Source of the DNA: SAR86 cluster bacterium
GTDB lineage: Bacteria > Pseudomonadota > Gammaproteobacteria > Magnimaribacterales > D2472
Assembly: GCA_029254395.1 (NCBI GenBank)
Contig: JAQWXQ010000042.1
Coordinates: 8,558-72,557, forward strand
Direction: 5' to 3'
Length of the DNA: 64,000 bases
This document shows, in pieces, positions 11,427-21,290 of this stretch. A program made the translations under genes and the position numbers. The notes beneath the pieces were generated by a model. That model ran no database searches and was not told the origin of the DNA. It saw only the letters and a list, made by a program, of their open reading frames with translations. Position 1 is the first letter of the stretch. Each line of letters begins with the position of its first letter.

Positions 11427-12276
11427 CTCTAAATTTAATAAAGTTATTGTATCGTGTTGTATTAATATTATGTATTTTTAGATTTTCAATCACAGCACAG
11501 CCTTTATCTTTAAGATGTTTACAATTTCGAAACTTGCAATCTTTGGACAATTCATAAATTTCAGGAAAGCCTTTAATAATATCTTGTTTTTCCCAGCCGC
11601 TTATTGGCAGGTCTCTCACTCCAGGCGAATCTATGATATGAGTGCCTTTATTTATTTCATACATAGTAGAAATTGATGTTGTATGAACTCCCTGGTTATT
11701 TGAAAGAGCTGAAGTCTTAATATTTTTATTAGTTAGGGCGGAGGTTAGTGTTGACTTACCTGCTCCAGAATTACCGACCAAAATGATATTTTTATTATTC
11801 AGATAAGTTATTAATTTATTTAAGTTAAGCCTTTCCTTTGCTGAAATGCTTATAACCTCTATTCCTAAATCAGAATATAATTTAATTTTTTCTTTAAACT
11901 CATTAGAAGAATTTAAATCCATTTTATTTTCAATTATAAATGGGACGATCCCGGACAAATTAGATGAAAGTAGCCACTTATCAATAAACTCATATGATGT
12001 CTTTGGCTCATTTGTTACTAGAATGCCAATATGAGAAATATTGGCAGCTATAGCTTTATTTTTTTGCTTTGCATTTCTTACCAACAGAGAGATCCTTTCT
12101 TTTCGAGAAACAATCTTTGCTTTTTTTTCCTTGCTATCAGATATTTTTTCAATCTCCACCACATCCCCTACAACGACATCTTTTATTGCAATGCAAGGTA
12201 TCAACTCCTCTTCAACTTTAACCAAACAAGTATTAGAGTAAAATTCGATTACAATTCCCGTTTGAACTTTTTCCAT
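11404..12276 (-). CDS. rsgA: ribosome small-subunit biogenesis GTPase RsgA
   Basis: Track ORF extends to 12336. I use ATG 12276 (MEKVQTGIV) so that it no longer overlaps the divergent orn. Motifs are GNSGAGKSTL and the zinc knuckle CKFRNCKHLKDKGCAV. Confidence 0.85.
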   Translation of the reverse strand: MEKVQTGIVIEFYSNTCLVKVEEELIPCIAIKDVVVGDVVEIEKISDSKEKKAKIVSRKERISLLVRNAKQKNKAIAANISHIGILVTNEPKTSYEFIDKWLLSSNLSGIVPFIIENKMDLNSSNEFKEKIKLYSDLGIEVISISAKERLNLNKLITYLNNKNIILVGNSGAGKSTLTSALTNKNIKTSALSNNQGVHTTSISTMYEINKGTHIIDSPGVRDLPISGWEKQDIIKGFPEIYELSKDCKFRNCKHLKDKGCAVIENLKIHNINTTRYNNFIKFRDEELSEG

Positions 12277-12317
12277 ATAAAGCACAAAATACACCATAGG
12301 AGACAATTTAAAAAGGC

Positions 12318-12869
12318 ATGAAAACATTACAATCAAGAGATAATTTAATTTGGATTGATTTGGAGATGACAGGACTCGACCCCAATAAGGAAAAAATTAT
12401 TGAAATAGCAACTTTGATTACAGATTCTCAGTTAAATATTATAGCTGAGGGGCCAAATCTAATAATTAATCAACCAGTCTCTTTATTAGACGCCATGGAT
12501 GATTGGAATCAAAATCAACATGGTTCATCAGGCTTGATTGAAGAAGTAAAGAAAAGCAATATAACTATGCAAATGGCTGAAATTGAAACCCTAGAATTTA
12601 TTTCTAAATATGTTGGGCACAAACAATCCCCAATGTGTGGAAATACTGTTTCACATGATAGAAGGTTTCTTATCAAATACATGCCAAGGCTGGAAGAATA
12701 TTTTAACTATAGGCACATAGATGTATCTTCATTTAAAGAAGCAGCAGTAAGATGGATGAATGGGGCTCAGGTCTATACAAAAAACGGATCTCACAGAGCT
12801 ATGGGAGATATTAAAGATTCTGTTGGAGAGCTTTTATTCTACAAAGACTTATTTCTTCCTGATCAATAA
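12318..12869 (+). CDS. orn: oligoribonuclease
   Basis: 183-aa DEDDh exonuclease (IWIDLEMTGLD, GNTVSHDRRFL, HRAMGDI). It is divergent from rsgA as in enterobacteria. Confidence 0.95.
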   Translation: MKTLQSRDNLIWIDLEMTGLDPNKEKIIEIATLITDSQLNIIAEGPNLIINQPVSLLDAMDDWNQNQHGSSGLIEEVKKSNITMQMAEIETLEFISKYVGHKQSPMCGNTVSHDRRFLIKYMPRLEEYFNYRHIDVSSFKEAAVRWMNGAQVYTKNGSHRAMGDIKDSVGELLFYKDLFLPDQ

Positions 12870-12872
12870 ATA

Positions 12873-13193
12873 TTATTTATTAATAGGCTGAATATTTAAT
12901 GGGAAAGGGCTCACCCTGTCTTTATTTTCTTTTATTTTTGCTTCGCCAGTTTCTCTAACTTCATCTATTCTTAGAATGGCATTAATGGGTATATAACTTC
13001 TTTCAACTTGAGCAAATTCTTTCTTTAACTTCTCAGACGAAGGATCAACTACTAGCTGTTTATCTTTATTAAATATATACTCCTCAACCTCAATGAAGCC
13101 GTACATATCACTTTGATAAATTTGTTTTGCAAAAACTTCGTAAATTTCACCAAGCTGAATAAAAATTATCTTGTAAACACTTTTCATATTCAT
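12873..13193 (-). CDS. small conserved hypothetical protein (DUF1820-like)
   Basis: Track ORF 12873..13244, trimmed to ATG 13193 because the longer form overlaps the miaB start. YKIIF..GEIYEVFAKQIYQSDMYGFIEVEE resembles the DUF1820 family as I recall it. No catalytic motif is present. Confidence 0.5.
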   Translation of the reverse strand: MNMKSVYKIIFIQLGEIYEVFAKQIYQSDMYGFIEVEEYIFNKDKQLVVDPSSEKLKKEFAQVERSYIPINAILRIDEVRETGEAKIKENKDRVSPFPLNIQPINK

Positions 13194-13205
13194 AATACTT
13201 AATAT

Positions 13206-14534
13206 ATGGGAACGAAACTTTATATTAAAACCTTCGGATGTCAAATGAATGAATATGACTCTGAGAAGACAGTTGATATTTTAAAAGATAAAAAAAATGT
13301 CACAGTTACCGATAGCCCAGAAGATGCTGATATCGTTCTGCTCAATACATGCTCCATAAGGGAAAAGGCTGAAGCCAAAGTTTACTCAGATCTTGGAAGA
13401 CTTCGTAAGCTTAAAGAAAAAAATCCAAATCTAAAAATTGGAGTTGGGGGCTGTGTTGCTACGCAGGAAGGCAAGAATATAATGAAAAGGGCCCCTTATG
13501 TTGATTTAATATATGGCCCACAAACACTTCATAAAGTCCCAGAATTGTTAGATATTAAAAAAGAAAGCGGCATAAAAGCAATCGACATAACATTTCCTAT
13601 TGAAGAAAAATTTGATTCCCTGCCCTCTCCTTCCTCATCAGGCCCTTCAAGTTTTGTATCTATCATGGAGGGGTGCTCAAAATACTGCTCATTCTGTGTT
13701 GTCCCTTACACTAGAGGCGACGAAGTTAGTAGAAAACCAGAGCAAATATTTGATGAGATTGCTAGACTCGTTGAGCAAGGCGTTTCTGAGATAACGTTTA
13801 TAGGGCAAAATGTTAACTCATATATGATGCCATTGAATGGAAGAATGTTAAGGCTATCGGACCTCATTGAAATTTCGAGTCATATAGAAGGCGTAAAAAG
13901 AATTCGATATACAACATCACACCCACTTGATATGACAGATGATTTAATTGATGTGTATAAGTCAGTTCCGCAATTGGTTAGTCAGCTTCATCTACCAGTT
14001 CAATCTGGATCTAATGCAATCCTTCAGAAAATGAAAAGGAACTATACAACCGAGCACTTTATTGATGTTGTAACCAGAATTAAAAAGACAAGGCCTGATT
14101 TGCGAGTCTCTTCAGATTTTATTGTTGGCTTTCCAGGAGAAACAAAGGAAGATTTTGATCTTACAATGGAGTTAGTGAATCTAATAGAATTTGATTCATC
14201 TTTTAGCTTTATATATTCACCAAGACCTGGAACGCCGGCAACAAAACTAAATGACCCTGTTAGTTTAAATGAAAAAAAAGAAAGACTAAGTATCCTGCAA
14301 GCCACTTTGAATTCTTTTCATCATGAACATAGCGTTCAAATGGAGGGAGGCATTGAAAGATGTCTTGTCACTGGAATTGCTAAAAAAAGCCCTGACCAAC
14401 TTCAGGCTAGAACAGAGTGCAACAGAGTAGTTAATTTTGATTTCACCAATTCTGATCTTATAGGCAATCTCATAGACATAAAGATTGAAAAAGCACTTGC
14501 AAACTCTCTATTAGGTTCAATACATAAGAATTAA
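13206..14534 (+). CDS. miaB: tRNA-i6A37 methylthiotransferase
   Basis: 442-aa ORF with the N-terminal YIKTFGCQMNEYDS, the radical-SAM motif CSKYCSFCVVP, and a C-terminal TRAM domain. Confidence 0.95.
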   Translation: MGTKLYIKTFGCQMNEYDSEKTVDILKDKKNVTVTDSPEDADIVLLNTCSIREKAEAKVYSDLGRLRKLKEKNPNLKIGVGGCVATQEGKNIMKRAPYVDLIYGPQTLHKVPELLDIKKESGIKAIDITFPIEEKFDSLPSPSSSGPSSFVSIMEGCSKYCSFCVVPYTRGDEVSRKPEQIFDEIARLVEQGVSEITFIGQNVNSYMMPLNGRMLRLSDLIEISSHIEGVKRIRYTTSHPLDMTDDLIDVYKSVPQLVSQLHLPVQSGSNAILQKMKRNYTTEHFIDVVTRIKKTRPDLRVSSDFIVGFPGETKEDFDLTMELVNLIEFDSSFSFIYSPRPGTPATKLNDPVSLNEKKERLSILQATLNSFHHEHSVQMEGGIERCLVTGIAKKSPDQLQARTECNRVVNFDFTNSDLIGNLIDIKIEKALANSLLGSIHKN

Positions 14535-14552
14535 GTGTAAAATTAATAATTA

Positions 14553-15539
14553 ATGCAAGATAATCAAAACTCTTTAAAAAATATTTCTCTAGAGCCCTCC
14601 AGCGCCTCAAGAATAGCTGCATTCGTAGGAGAGCTTAACGGAAACCTCAAGCTTGTTGAAAAAACTTTTGAAGTTAAAATTTTCCATAAAGGCGATGAGT
14701 TAAAGATTCAAGGACAAACTAAAAATGTTAAGCATGCGTCAAATGCAGTTTTAGATTTATATAATCTAACCAATAAAAGCATTGAGCTCAGTAAAGAATC
14801 AGTTCATTTGTGTGTTCAGTCACATCTAAATTTGAGTATTGGCCAAGAAACATCATTTAACGCCTTTTCAAATATTGAAATTAGAACACCAAGAAAAACA
14901 ATTAAAGCAAGAGGAAAAAATCAACAAGAGTATATAAAAAAAATCTATTCCAGAGAGCTAGTTTTTGGCATTGGGCCGGCGGGAACTGGTAAGACTTTCT
15001 TAGCAGTAGCTTGCGCAGTAGATGCTCTATTAAACGAAAAAGTTAAAAGAATAGTTCTTATAAGGCCTGCGGTTGAGGCTGGCGAAAAGCTAGGCTTTCT
15101 TCCTGGAGACCTTTCTCAAAAAGTAGACCCATATTTAAGACCTCTTTATGACGCACTTTATGAAATGCTTGGCATGGAAAGAGTTAATAAGCTAATTGAA
15201 AAAGAAATTATTGAAGTTGCCCCACTTGCTTATTTAAGAGGAAGAACCTTAAATAACAGCTTTATTATCATGGATGAAAGCCAGAATACTACACAAGACC
15301 AAATGAAGATGGTTCTAACAAGAATGGGATTTGGTTCAAAAGCAGTTATTAATGGTGATCTGACCCAGATCGACCTTCCTAAACAGTCAATATCAGGCCT
15401 GCAGCATGTTATGGGAGTTATGGATGGAGTGAAAGAGATAGGAGTAACCCAATTCCAATCAAATGATGTTGTAAGGCATCCCCTTGTAAGAAAAATAATA
15501 GATGCTTATGAGAAATTCGAGCAGAAAATTTCAAGTTGA
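14553..15539 (+). CDS. ybeZ: PhoH-like ATPase (YbeZ)
   Basis: 328-aa ORF with P-loop GPAGTGKTFLAVA and IIMDESQN. It lies within the miaB-ybeZ-ybeY-corC-lnt order. Confidence 0.9.
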   Translation: MQDNQNSLKNISLEPSSASRIAAFVGELNGNLKLVEKTFEVKIFHKGDELKIQGQTKNVKHASNAVLDLYNLTNKSIELSKESVHLCVQSHLNLSIGQETSFNAFSNIEIRTPRKTIKARGKNQQEYIKKIYSRELVFGIGPAGTGKTFLAVACAVDALLNEKVKRIVLIRPAVEAGEKLGFLPGDLSQKVDPYLRPLYDALYEMLGMERVNKLIEKEIIEVAPLAYLRGRTLNNSFIIMDESQNTTQDQMKMVLTRMGFGSKAVINGDLTQIDLPKQSISGLQHVMGVMDGVKEIGVTQFQSNDVVRHPLVRKIIDAYEKFEQKISS

Positions 15540-15985
15540 ACCAGCTTAATATAAACGATATTGAGGCCAAACTTTCTGCAGAGATAAAAGATAATCTGTC
15601 TATGATTGCAAGTGCTATTCTGGAAAAGGAATGCATCAAACCATCATCAGTAAATTTAAAAATAGTAACAAACAACGAAATAGCAAAATTAAATAAAATT
15701 TTCAGAGGTAAGGACGCTCCAACTAACGTGCTATCTTTTACGAATAATGATGTATCGAAGCCTTTAACCAATAGCCTTGGTGATATTGCAATAAGCTATG
15801 AATTTGTTAACAAAGAAGCAGGTGAGCTAAGGAAAAGTAAACATGATCATCTTATGCACATGCTTGCTCACGGTTTATATCATATACTAGGCTATGACCA
15901 TGATAATGAGGCTGATGCAGCTATCATGGAGGAGAAAGAAATTTTAATATTAAGAGAATATAAAATAGACAACCCATACTTATAA
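15536..15985 (+). CDS. ybeY: rRNA maturation endoribonuclease YbeY
   Basis: 149-aa ORF with the metal site HGLYHILGYDH. It overlaps ybeZ by 4 nt. Confidence 0.9.
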   Translation: MNQLNINDIEAKLSAEIKDNLSMIASAILEKECIKPSSVNLKIVTNNEIAKLNKIFRGKDAPTNVLSFTNNDVSKPLTNSLGDIAISYEFVNKEAGELRKSKHDHLMHMLAHGLYHILGYDHDNEADAAIMEEKEILILREYKIDNPYL

Positions 15986-15991
15986 TAACGA

Positions 15992-16846
15992 ATGAATCAA
16001 AAACTAGAAAAAGAAGAACCCAAGCCTCCGTCGGGAATCATTGCCAGGCTAAAAAAATATTTTAGAAATCCATTTTTCATAAAAACACAAACAGTAGCAG
16101 AGGTAGCTGACTTCTTAAAGGATGCTGTTGATCAAAATATTATTGATAAAGAGGCTGAATCTATTGCTAATAAAGCTATTAGGCTTGGCTCAACAACAGT
16201 AAAGGAAATCATGGTGCCAAAGGTGGATATGGTCACTGTAACTATTAATGAAGAAACAGGCGTTATCATTGATAGAATAATTGATTCTGGTCACTCTAGA
16301 TACCCTGTATTAGGGACAGAAAGAGATGAAGTAAGTGGGATTTTGTTAGCTAAAGATATTTTACCCAAAATAGTTAATGGAAATGATAGCTTTGAAATAA
16401 GTGAAATGCTTCGCGAGCCCAATATTGTCCCAGAAACAAAAAAAGCCGACGCTTTATTAGAAGAATTTAAAAAAGATAGATCTCATTTAGCAATTGTTGT
16501 TGATGAGTATGGAACGATATCTGGCTTGGTAACAATTGAGGATATTCTCGAGGAATTGGTTGGTGAAATTGAAGATGAGCACGATATTGAAGAAGATGAA
16601 ATTATTAAGATATCAGAAGGTCTTTATACAGCTGATGCAAAAGTTGAGTTAGAGGTTTTTTTAGATTTCTTCAAGATGAATATAGATCCAATGAGCATAG
16701 ATGCTGAAACTTTAGGAGGGTTTATTATTTCATCTCTAGGCGTACTACCCAAGATAGGGGATGAAATCAGCCTAGATAACATAACAATAATTGTATCTGA
16801 TGCTGATGATAGAAAAATAAATAAGGTCTCAGTTAAAGTATCCTAA
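15992..16846 (+). CDS. corC: CBS-pair / CorC_HlyC domain magnesium-cobalt efflux protein
   Basis: 284-aa ORF with a CBS pair (IMVPKVDM..., AIVVDEYGTISGLVTIEDILEELVGEI) and a C-terminal transporter-associated domain. Confidence 0.85.
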   Translation: MNQKLEKEEPKPPSGIIARLKKYFRNPFFIKTQTVAEVADFLKDAVDQNIIDKEAESIANKAIRLGSTTVKEIMVPKVDMVTVTINEETGVIIDRIIDSGHSRYPVLGTERDEVSGILLAKDILPKIVNGNDSFEISEMLREPNIVPETKKADALLEEFKKDRSHLAIVVDEYGTISGLVTIEDILEELVGEIEDEHDIEEDEIIKISEGLYTADAKVELEVFLDFFKMNIDPMSIDAETLGGFIISSLGVLPKIGDEISLDNITIIVSDADDRKINKVSVKVS

Positions 16847-18315
16847 TGAAGCTTAACAAAAGCCTAACGCCATTTATTTTCGGCATTATAGGGATTTTTT
16901 CATTTGCGCCATTCTCAATAAAGCCTTTAATTTTTTTTTCATATGCTTACCTAATCAGAGAGCTAATATATAAAAATAATAGCAGACTAAAAAAACTATT
17001 TTACTGGTCACTTGGGCATTGGGGCTTTGGGATGTCTTGGTTAATAGTAAGTGTTTACTATTATGGAGAAACTAGTATTTATATATCCTTACTGATATTT
17101 GTATTATTAGTACTTCTTTTGTCATTAGCGTTCTCTGCCCCATTATTTTTCATATCTAAGTTGCTTATAAAAACCTTTGAAAGAAGTGGTATTGCTAACC
17201 TTATATTAATATCTAGCCTCTTCATGCTTAATGAAATAAGCATGAACTATCTTCTTTATGGGATACCTTGGCTTATTGCTGGAGTAACCTTGCTAGATAC
17301 AATTACACAGGGTGTATATCCAATTCTTGGAGCGCTTGGTGCATCATTTATAATTTATTTCTGCTCTTCCTTAATTGCATCAAGTTCAAATACAAAAGAT
17401 CACAAACTATTAATATATTGTTTGCTGCCATTCATAATTTCTTTTCCAAATGAATACTCAATTAATAATGAAAAAAATAATGATTTAGAATTTACAATTA
17501 TTCAGCCTTCAACCGACCCATTTCAGAAATACAATCAAGGGTACGCAGAAAAAATAGAGGCCAATATAATTAAACTTGTTGAACAAAGCTCAATAGAATC
17601 GCAGCTATTAATTCTCCCAGAAGCAGAACTTCCATATGCATATGAAGATATGAGATTTAAGCTGTTTCAGCAAAGGCTTCCTAAACAAACGATTATGGGC
17701 GCTTGGAGTTTTATAGACGGTAATTTATATAACTCAATCATAAACAGTGGAGGAGGAGCTCAATATAATAAGGTTCATTTAGTGCCATTTGGGGAGTTTA
17801 TTCCATTTGAGAAGTACTTAAGAGGATTGATATCTTTTTTTGATATGCCGATGTCGAGTGTTCAAGGCGGCTCTAAAAATCAAGAGCTAATGTATTTGGA
17901 TTCCAACAACGAGGTAGGCTATTCAGCGTTAATTTGTTTTGACATTGCATTTAGCGAATCTGTTAGAAAAAGCAACTTAAGTTCTAAATTTATCATAAAT
18001 GTTTCAAATGACACATGGTTTGGAAATTCTATAGGCCCATATCAACATCTATACTTAGCAAGAATTAGAGCTTTTGAAAATAATAGATGGCTTATAAGAG
18101 CAGCAAATGACGGTGTTTCTGCCATTATAAACAATAAAGGAACAATTGTTCAATATATTGAAAAAGGGGATAAGGGAGTGCTGAATGGCTCACTTCAATA
18201 TATTGAAGATAGGTCTTTTTACTCTCAATATGGTTATCTATTTTCTTATATATTAAGTATATCTGCTTTATTTTTTTCAATTATAATAAATTCATGGAAA
18301 AGATTAGGCTACTAA
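16846..18315 (+). CDS. lnt: apolipoprotein N-acyltransferase
   Basis: 489-aa ORF with an N-terminal multi-TM region and a CN-hydrolase domain (LPEAELP, LICFDIAF, SNDTWFG). Confidence 0.85.
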   Translation: MKLNKSLTPFIFGIIGIFSFAPFSIKPLIFFSYAYLIRELIYKNNSRLKKLFYWSLGHWGFGMSWLIVSVYYYGETSIYISLLIFVLLVLLLSLAFSAPLFFISKLLIKTFERSGIANLILISSLFMLNEISMNYLLYGIPWLIAGVTLLDTITQGVYPILGALGASFIIYFCSSLIASSSNTKDHKLLIYCLLPFIISFPNEYSINNEKNNDLEFTIIQPSTDPFQKYNQGYAEKIEANIIKLVEQSSIESQLLILPEAELPYAYEDMRFKLFQQRLPKQTIMGAWSFIDGNLYNSIINSGGGAQYNKVHLVPFGEFIPFEKYLRGLISFFDMPMSSVQGGSKNQELMYLDSNNEVGYSALICFDIAFSESVRKSNLSSKFIINVSNDTWFGNSIGPYQHLYLARIRAFENNRWLIRAANDGVSAIINNKGTIVQYIEKGDKGVLNGSLQYIEDRSFYSQYGYLFSYILSISALFFSIIINSWKRLGY

Positions 18316-18830
18316 CTATTTTACTCATGCCATTGTTTGGTTTTTGTAATGATATATCTTTAGAAATTAGCATTAAAGAGCAACGGTTATATGTTCTTCA
18401 GGGTGAAAAAAAAATCTCTAGTTATGCTATTTCCTCCTCATCTTATGGCGAGGGTAGCGTTGCAAACTCTTTTAAAACACCATTAGGAATGCATTCTATA
18501 AAGTCAATGATTGGGGATGATGCTGAAATTAATAGTATTTTTAAAGCTAGAATTAATACACAACGGCTTGCAAAAATTATCCACGAGCACATAGACACTG
18601 ATGATGATTATGTTACTTCAAGAATACTTTGGTTAACTGGCGAAGAGCCTGGTAAAAATAGCGGTATCGGAATAGATTCATATGCAAGATATATCTATAT
18701 CCATGGAACCCAAGAAGAAGGGCTTATAGGATCTAAGGCATCACATGGATGTATAAGAATGTTCAACAATGACGTTGTAAGTCTATATAAAATTGTTAAA
18801 AAAGGAACAAAAGTTAATATTTTAATCTAA
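18294..18830 (+). CDS. L,D-transpeptidase (YkuD domain)
   Basis: 178-aa ORF with a signal peptide and the catalytic motif IHGT...SHGCIRM. It overlaps lnt by 22 nt. Confidence 0.8.
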   Translation: MEKIRLLTILLMPLFGFCNDISLEISIKEQRLYVLQGEKKISSYAISSSSYGEGSVANSFKTPLGMHSIKSMIGDDAEINSIFKARINTQRLAKIIHEHIDTDDDYVTSRILWLTGEEPGKNSGIGIDSYARYIYIHGTQEEGLIGSKASHGCIRMFNNDVVSLYKIVKKGTKVNILI

Positions 18831-20983
18831 AAGTTTTTGTTTCCAACGCTAGGGCTATTGAAAGCAAGCTTTTCCTCTCTATCATTAATCTCTGGAGCAT
18901 TTTCTAGCTTCTTACCATTAGCAGCAAGCTCTAAAAGCATTTTTGATGGAGTAAAAGATGCATCCTTTGTTAATACTTTATATTTGTTAAGCCTTTCGAC
19001 AACCTCTTTAATGCCTAATGTATTGGCATGATGCATGGGGCCTCCTCTCCATATTGGGAAACCATAGCCATTTATATATACCACATCCATATCAACTGCT
19101 CGCTGAGCCACTCCTTCAGATAATATCTGCGCACCTTCATTCACTAATGAAAGTATGCATCTGTCAACTATCTCTTCATCAGAAATATCCCTTCTTTCAA
19201 TACCATTGTTTGCAGAAATTCTTCTGTAAACATCTTCATTTTCTGGAGCCGGATTAGGTGCTCTAGAGCCTTCGCTATAATTGTAGAATCCTTTACTATT
19301 TTTTTGTCCAAATCTTCCCTGTTCACATAGCTCATCATTTATTTTTGATGCAAGCGGGGCGTCTTTTCCGCCAAGCTTTCTTGCACGCCATCCTAGATCA
19401 AGCCCAACTAGATCTAGCATCCTAAAAGGACCCATACTCATTCCAAATGATTCAAGGGCTTGGTCCACTTGATGGGGCAGGGCGCCCTCTAATAAGAGCA
19501 TGTTTGCTTGAGTTGTATATCCAGAAAGCATCCTGTTTCCAATAAATCCAGGAGCATTTAGCGAAACAACTGAAGCCTTTTTAAGCTTCTTGCCTAGCGA
19601 CATCACAGTAGCAAGTGTTTCGTGACTAGAGGCATCTCCTCTTACAACTTCTAAAAGCCTCATAATGTTTGCAGGACTAAAGAAGTGAGTACCTACTACC
19701 TTTTCAGGCCTATTTGTTGCTTGCGCTATTGAATCTATATCAAGGCCTGAGGTATTAGATGCAAGGATAGCATCGCTGTTTACATGCTCATCTAGGCTCT
19801 TAAATATTGAAGTTTTAAGTTCTAAGTTTTCGTATACAGCCTCTACTACAATATCGACATTTTTAATATCTTCATAATTTAAGCTTGATGTTATTAGCCC
19901 AAAGACAGAGTTTTTTTGGTCTTCATTTATTCGCCCACGTTTTACCATATAGCTATAATTCGCTTCAATTACACCAATACCTCTTTTTAAGTTATTAGCG
20001 TCTTGATCTATTATGTGAACAGGAATACCAGCATTGGCAAAACACATTGCAATACCTCCGCCCATAGTTCCAGAGCCGATCACTGCCGCACTACTAATTT
20101 TCTTAAGTTGAGTTTCTTTAGGAACATCTACTATTTTTGACGCAGCCCGTTCTCCAAAAAAGATATGGATCATGGCCTCTCTTTGCGGATGAAGTAAACA
20201 TTCTAAAAAATACTCCCCTTCTTTTTTTAACCCTTCATCAAAGTCATCACAGTCTATAGCTGCTTCTATACATTTAATTATTTGGCCTGGAGCAAATTGT
20301 CCTTTTCTAGTTTTAGCCGCTAGCGCTTTTGCTTCAATTAAAACATTATCTGAGCCTCTTGCTTCAATGACTTTTTCGTTTAAATCCCTTACTTTTGGAT
20401 GATGATCTGCAGATTGAGCCTTGTCCAAGGCAAATTTGATAGAATCTTCTAGTATATTGTCAGAAATTAAGTCAACAACACCAAGCGAGTATGCTTTATT
20501 TGCTGATATATGAGCACCCGATATTATCATTTTTAATGCTTCTGAAGGGCCAATTAGTCTCGGAAGCCTTTGTGTTCCTCCTGCACCTGGCAATAACCCT
20601 AAATTAACCTCAGGCAGGCCCATAAATGCTTCTTTGGAAGCTATTCTGTAGTTACAGCACAATGCAGTCTCTAATCCTCCACCAAGTGCCAACCCATTAA
20701 TAGCTGCAACTACTGGTTTTGACGAAAACTCTATTTTTCTAAATACTTCATTTAGACTGTGACCCTCTCCAGTCCCACCAAACTCTGATATGTCAGCGCC
20801 AGCAATAAAAGCCCTGCCCTTTCCAGTTATTACAATAGCTTTAACATTTGGGTCTTCTTCAGCCCTAACCATTCCATCAAAAGCACCTTGGCGAACTCCA
20901 TCACTTAATGGGTTTACTGGAGGGTTATCTACTGTAAGCACAGCAACATTGTTAATCACTTCGTATAAAACAGCACCTTTCAT
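18827..20983 (-). CDS. fused enoyl-CoA hydratase / 3-hydroxyacyl-CoA dehydrogenase (FadB/FadJ-type)
   Basis: Track ORF extends to 21013; ATG 20983 (MKGAVLYEV) is the likelier start. It has an N-terminal crotonase fold (FIAGADISEF) and an NAD-binding AVIGSGTMGGGIA with a 3HCDH C-domain. Confidence 0.85.
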   Translation of the reverse strand: MKGAVLYEVINNVAVLTVDNPPVNPLSDGVRQGAFDGMVRAEEDPNVKAIVITGKGRAFIAGADISEFGGTGEGHSLNEVFRKIEFSSKPVVAAINGLALGGGLETALCCNYRIASKEAFMGLPEVNLGLLPGAGGTQRLPRLIGPSEALKMIISGAHISANKAYSLGVVDLISDNILEDSIKFALDKAQSADHHPKVRDLNEKVIEARGSDNVLIEAKALAAKTRKGQFAPGQIIKCIEAAIDCDDFDEGLKKEGEYFLECLLHPQREAMIHIFFGERAASKIVDVPKETQLKKISSAAVIGSGTMGGGIAMCFANAGIPVHIIDQDANNLKRGIGVIEANYSYMVKRGRINEDQKNSVFGLITSSLNYEDIKNVDIVVEAVYENLELKTSIFKSLDEHVNSDAILASNTSGLDIDSIAQATNRPEKVVGTHFFSPANIMRLLEVVRGDASSHETLATVMSLGKKLKKASVVSLNAPGFIGNRMLSGYTTQANMLLLEGALPHQVDQALESFGMSMGPFRMLDLVGLDLGWRARKLGGKDAPLASKINDELCEQGRFGQKNSKGFYNYSEGSRAPNPAPENEDVYRRISANNGIERRDISDEEIVDRCILSLVNEGAQILSEGVAQRAVDMDVVYINGYGFPIWRGGPMHHANTLGIKEVVERLNKYKVLTKDASFTPSKMLLELAANGKKLENAPEINDREEKLAFNSPSVGNKNF

Positions 20984-21050
20984 TTGACTACCTAAAATAA
21001 TTTGTAAATGCATTATACCTAAAAAAAATTAATTTTATTTATAAAAGGTA

Positions 21051-21078
21051 TTGATAATTGATTATAAATAATTATAAT
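21051..21078 (+). promoter_or_regulatory. sigma70-type promoter candidate (TTGATA-16 nt-TATAAT)
   Basis: TTGATA lies at 21051-21056 and TATAAT at 21073-21078. It sits in the 277-bp gap between the divergent fadB-like and gpx genes. Confidence 0.45.
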
Positions 21079-21084
21079 GATGGT

Positions 21085-21165
21085 CTCAGCAATACTCTCC
21101 CCCCTAAAGTAGGTTGCTGAATCCTCTGAAATTATTGGAGGGCCACAGCCCTCCATGATTTTTTT
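21085..21165 (+). ncRNA. candidate small RNA or terminator-controlled leader
   Basis: It is bounded by the promoter above and an intrinsic terminator. An internal stem CAGCAATACT / AGTA(GG)TTGCTG displays a CUCCCCCC loop, and a second UCCUCU tract follows. The ends are approximate. Confidence 0.4.
21137..21165 (+). terminator. rho-independent terminator
   Basis: GGAGGGC-CACA-GCCCTCC forms a perfect 7-bp GC-rich stem followed by ATGATTTTTTT. Confidence 0.6.
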
Positions 21166-21290
21166 AACTTTTTAAGATAAGATATGAGAAACATTAAAGA
21201 TACATTTGAGATAATTTTTTTAGCTACCCTTTTTGTTTCTTCAGTTATAGCAATTATCCCGACTGTTTAAATTCATATTTCACTAGCACA

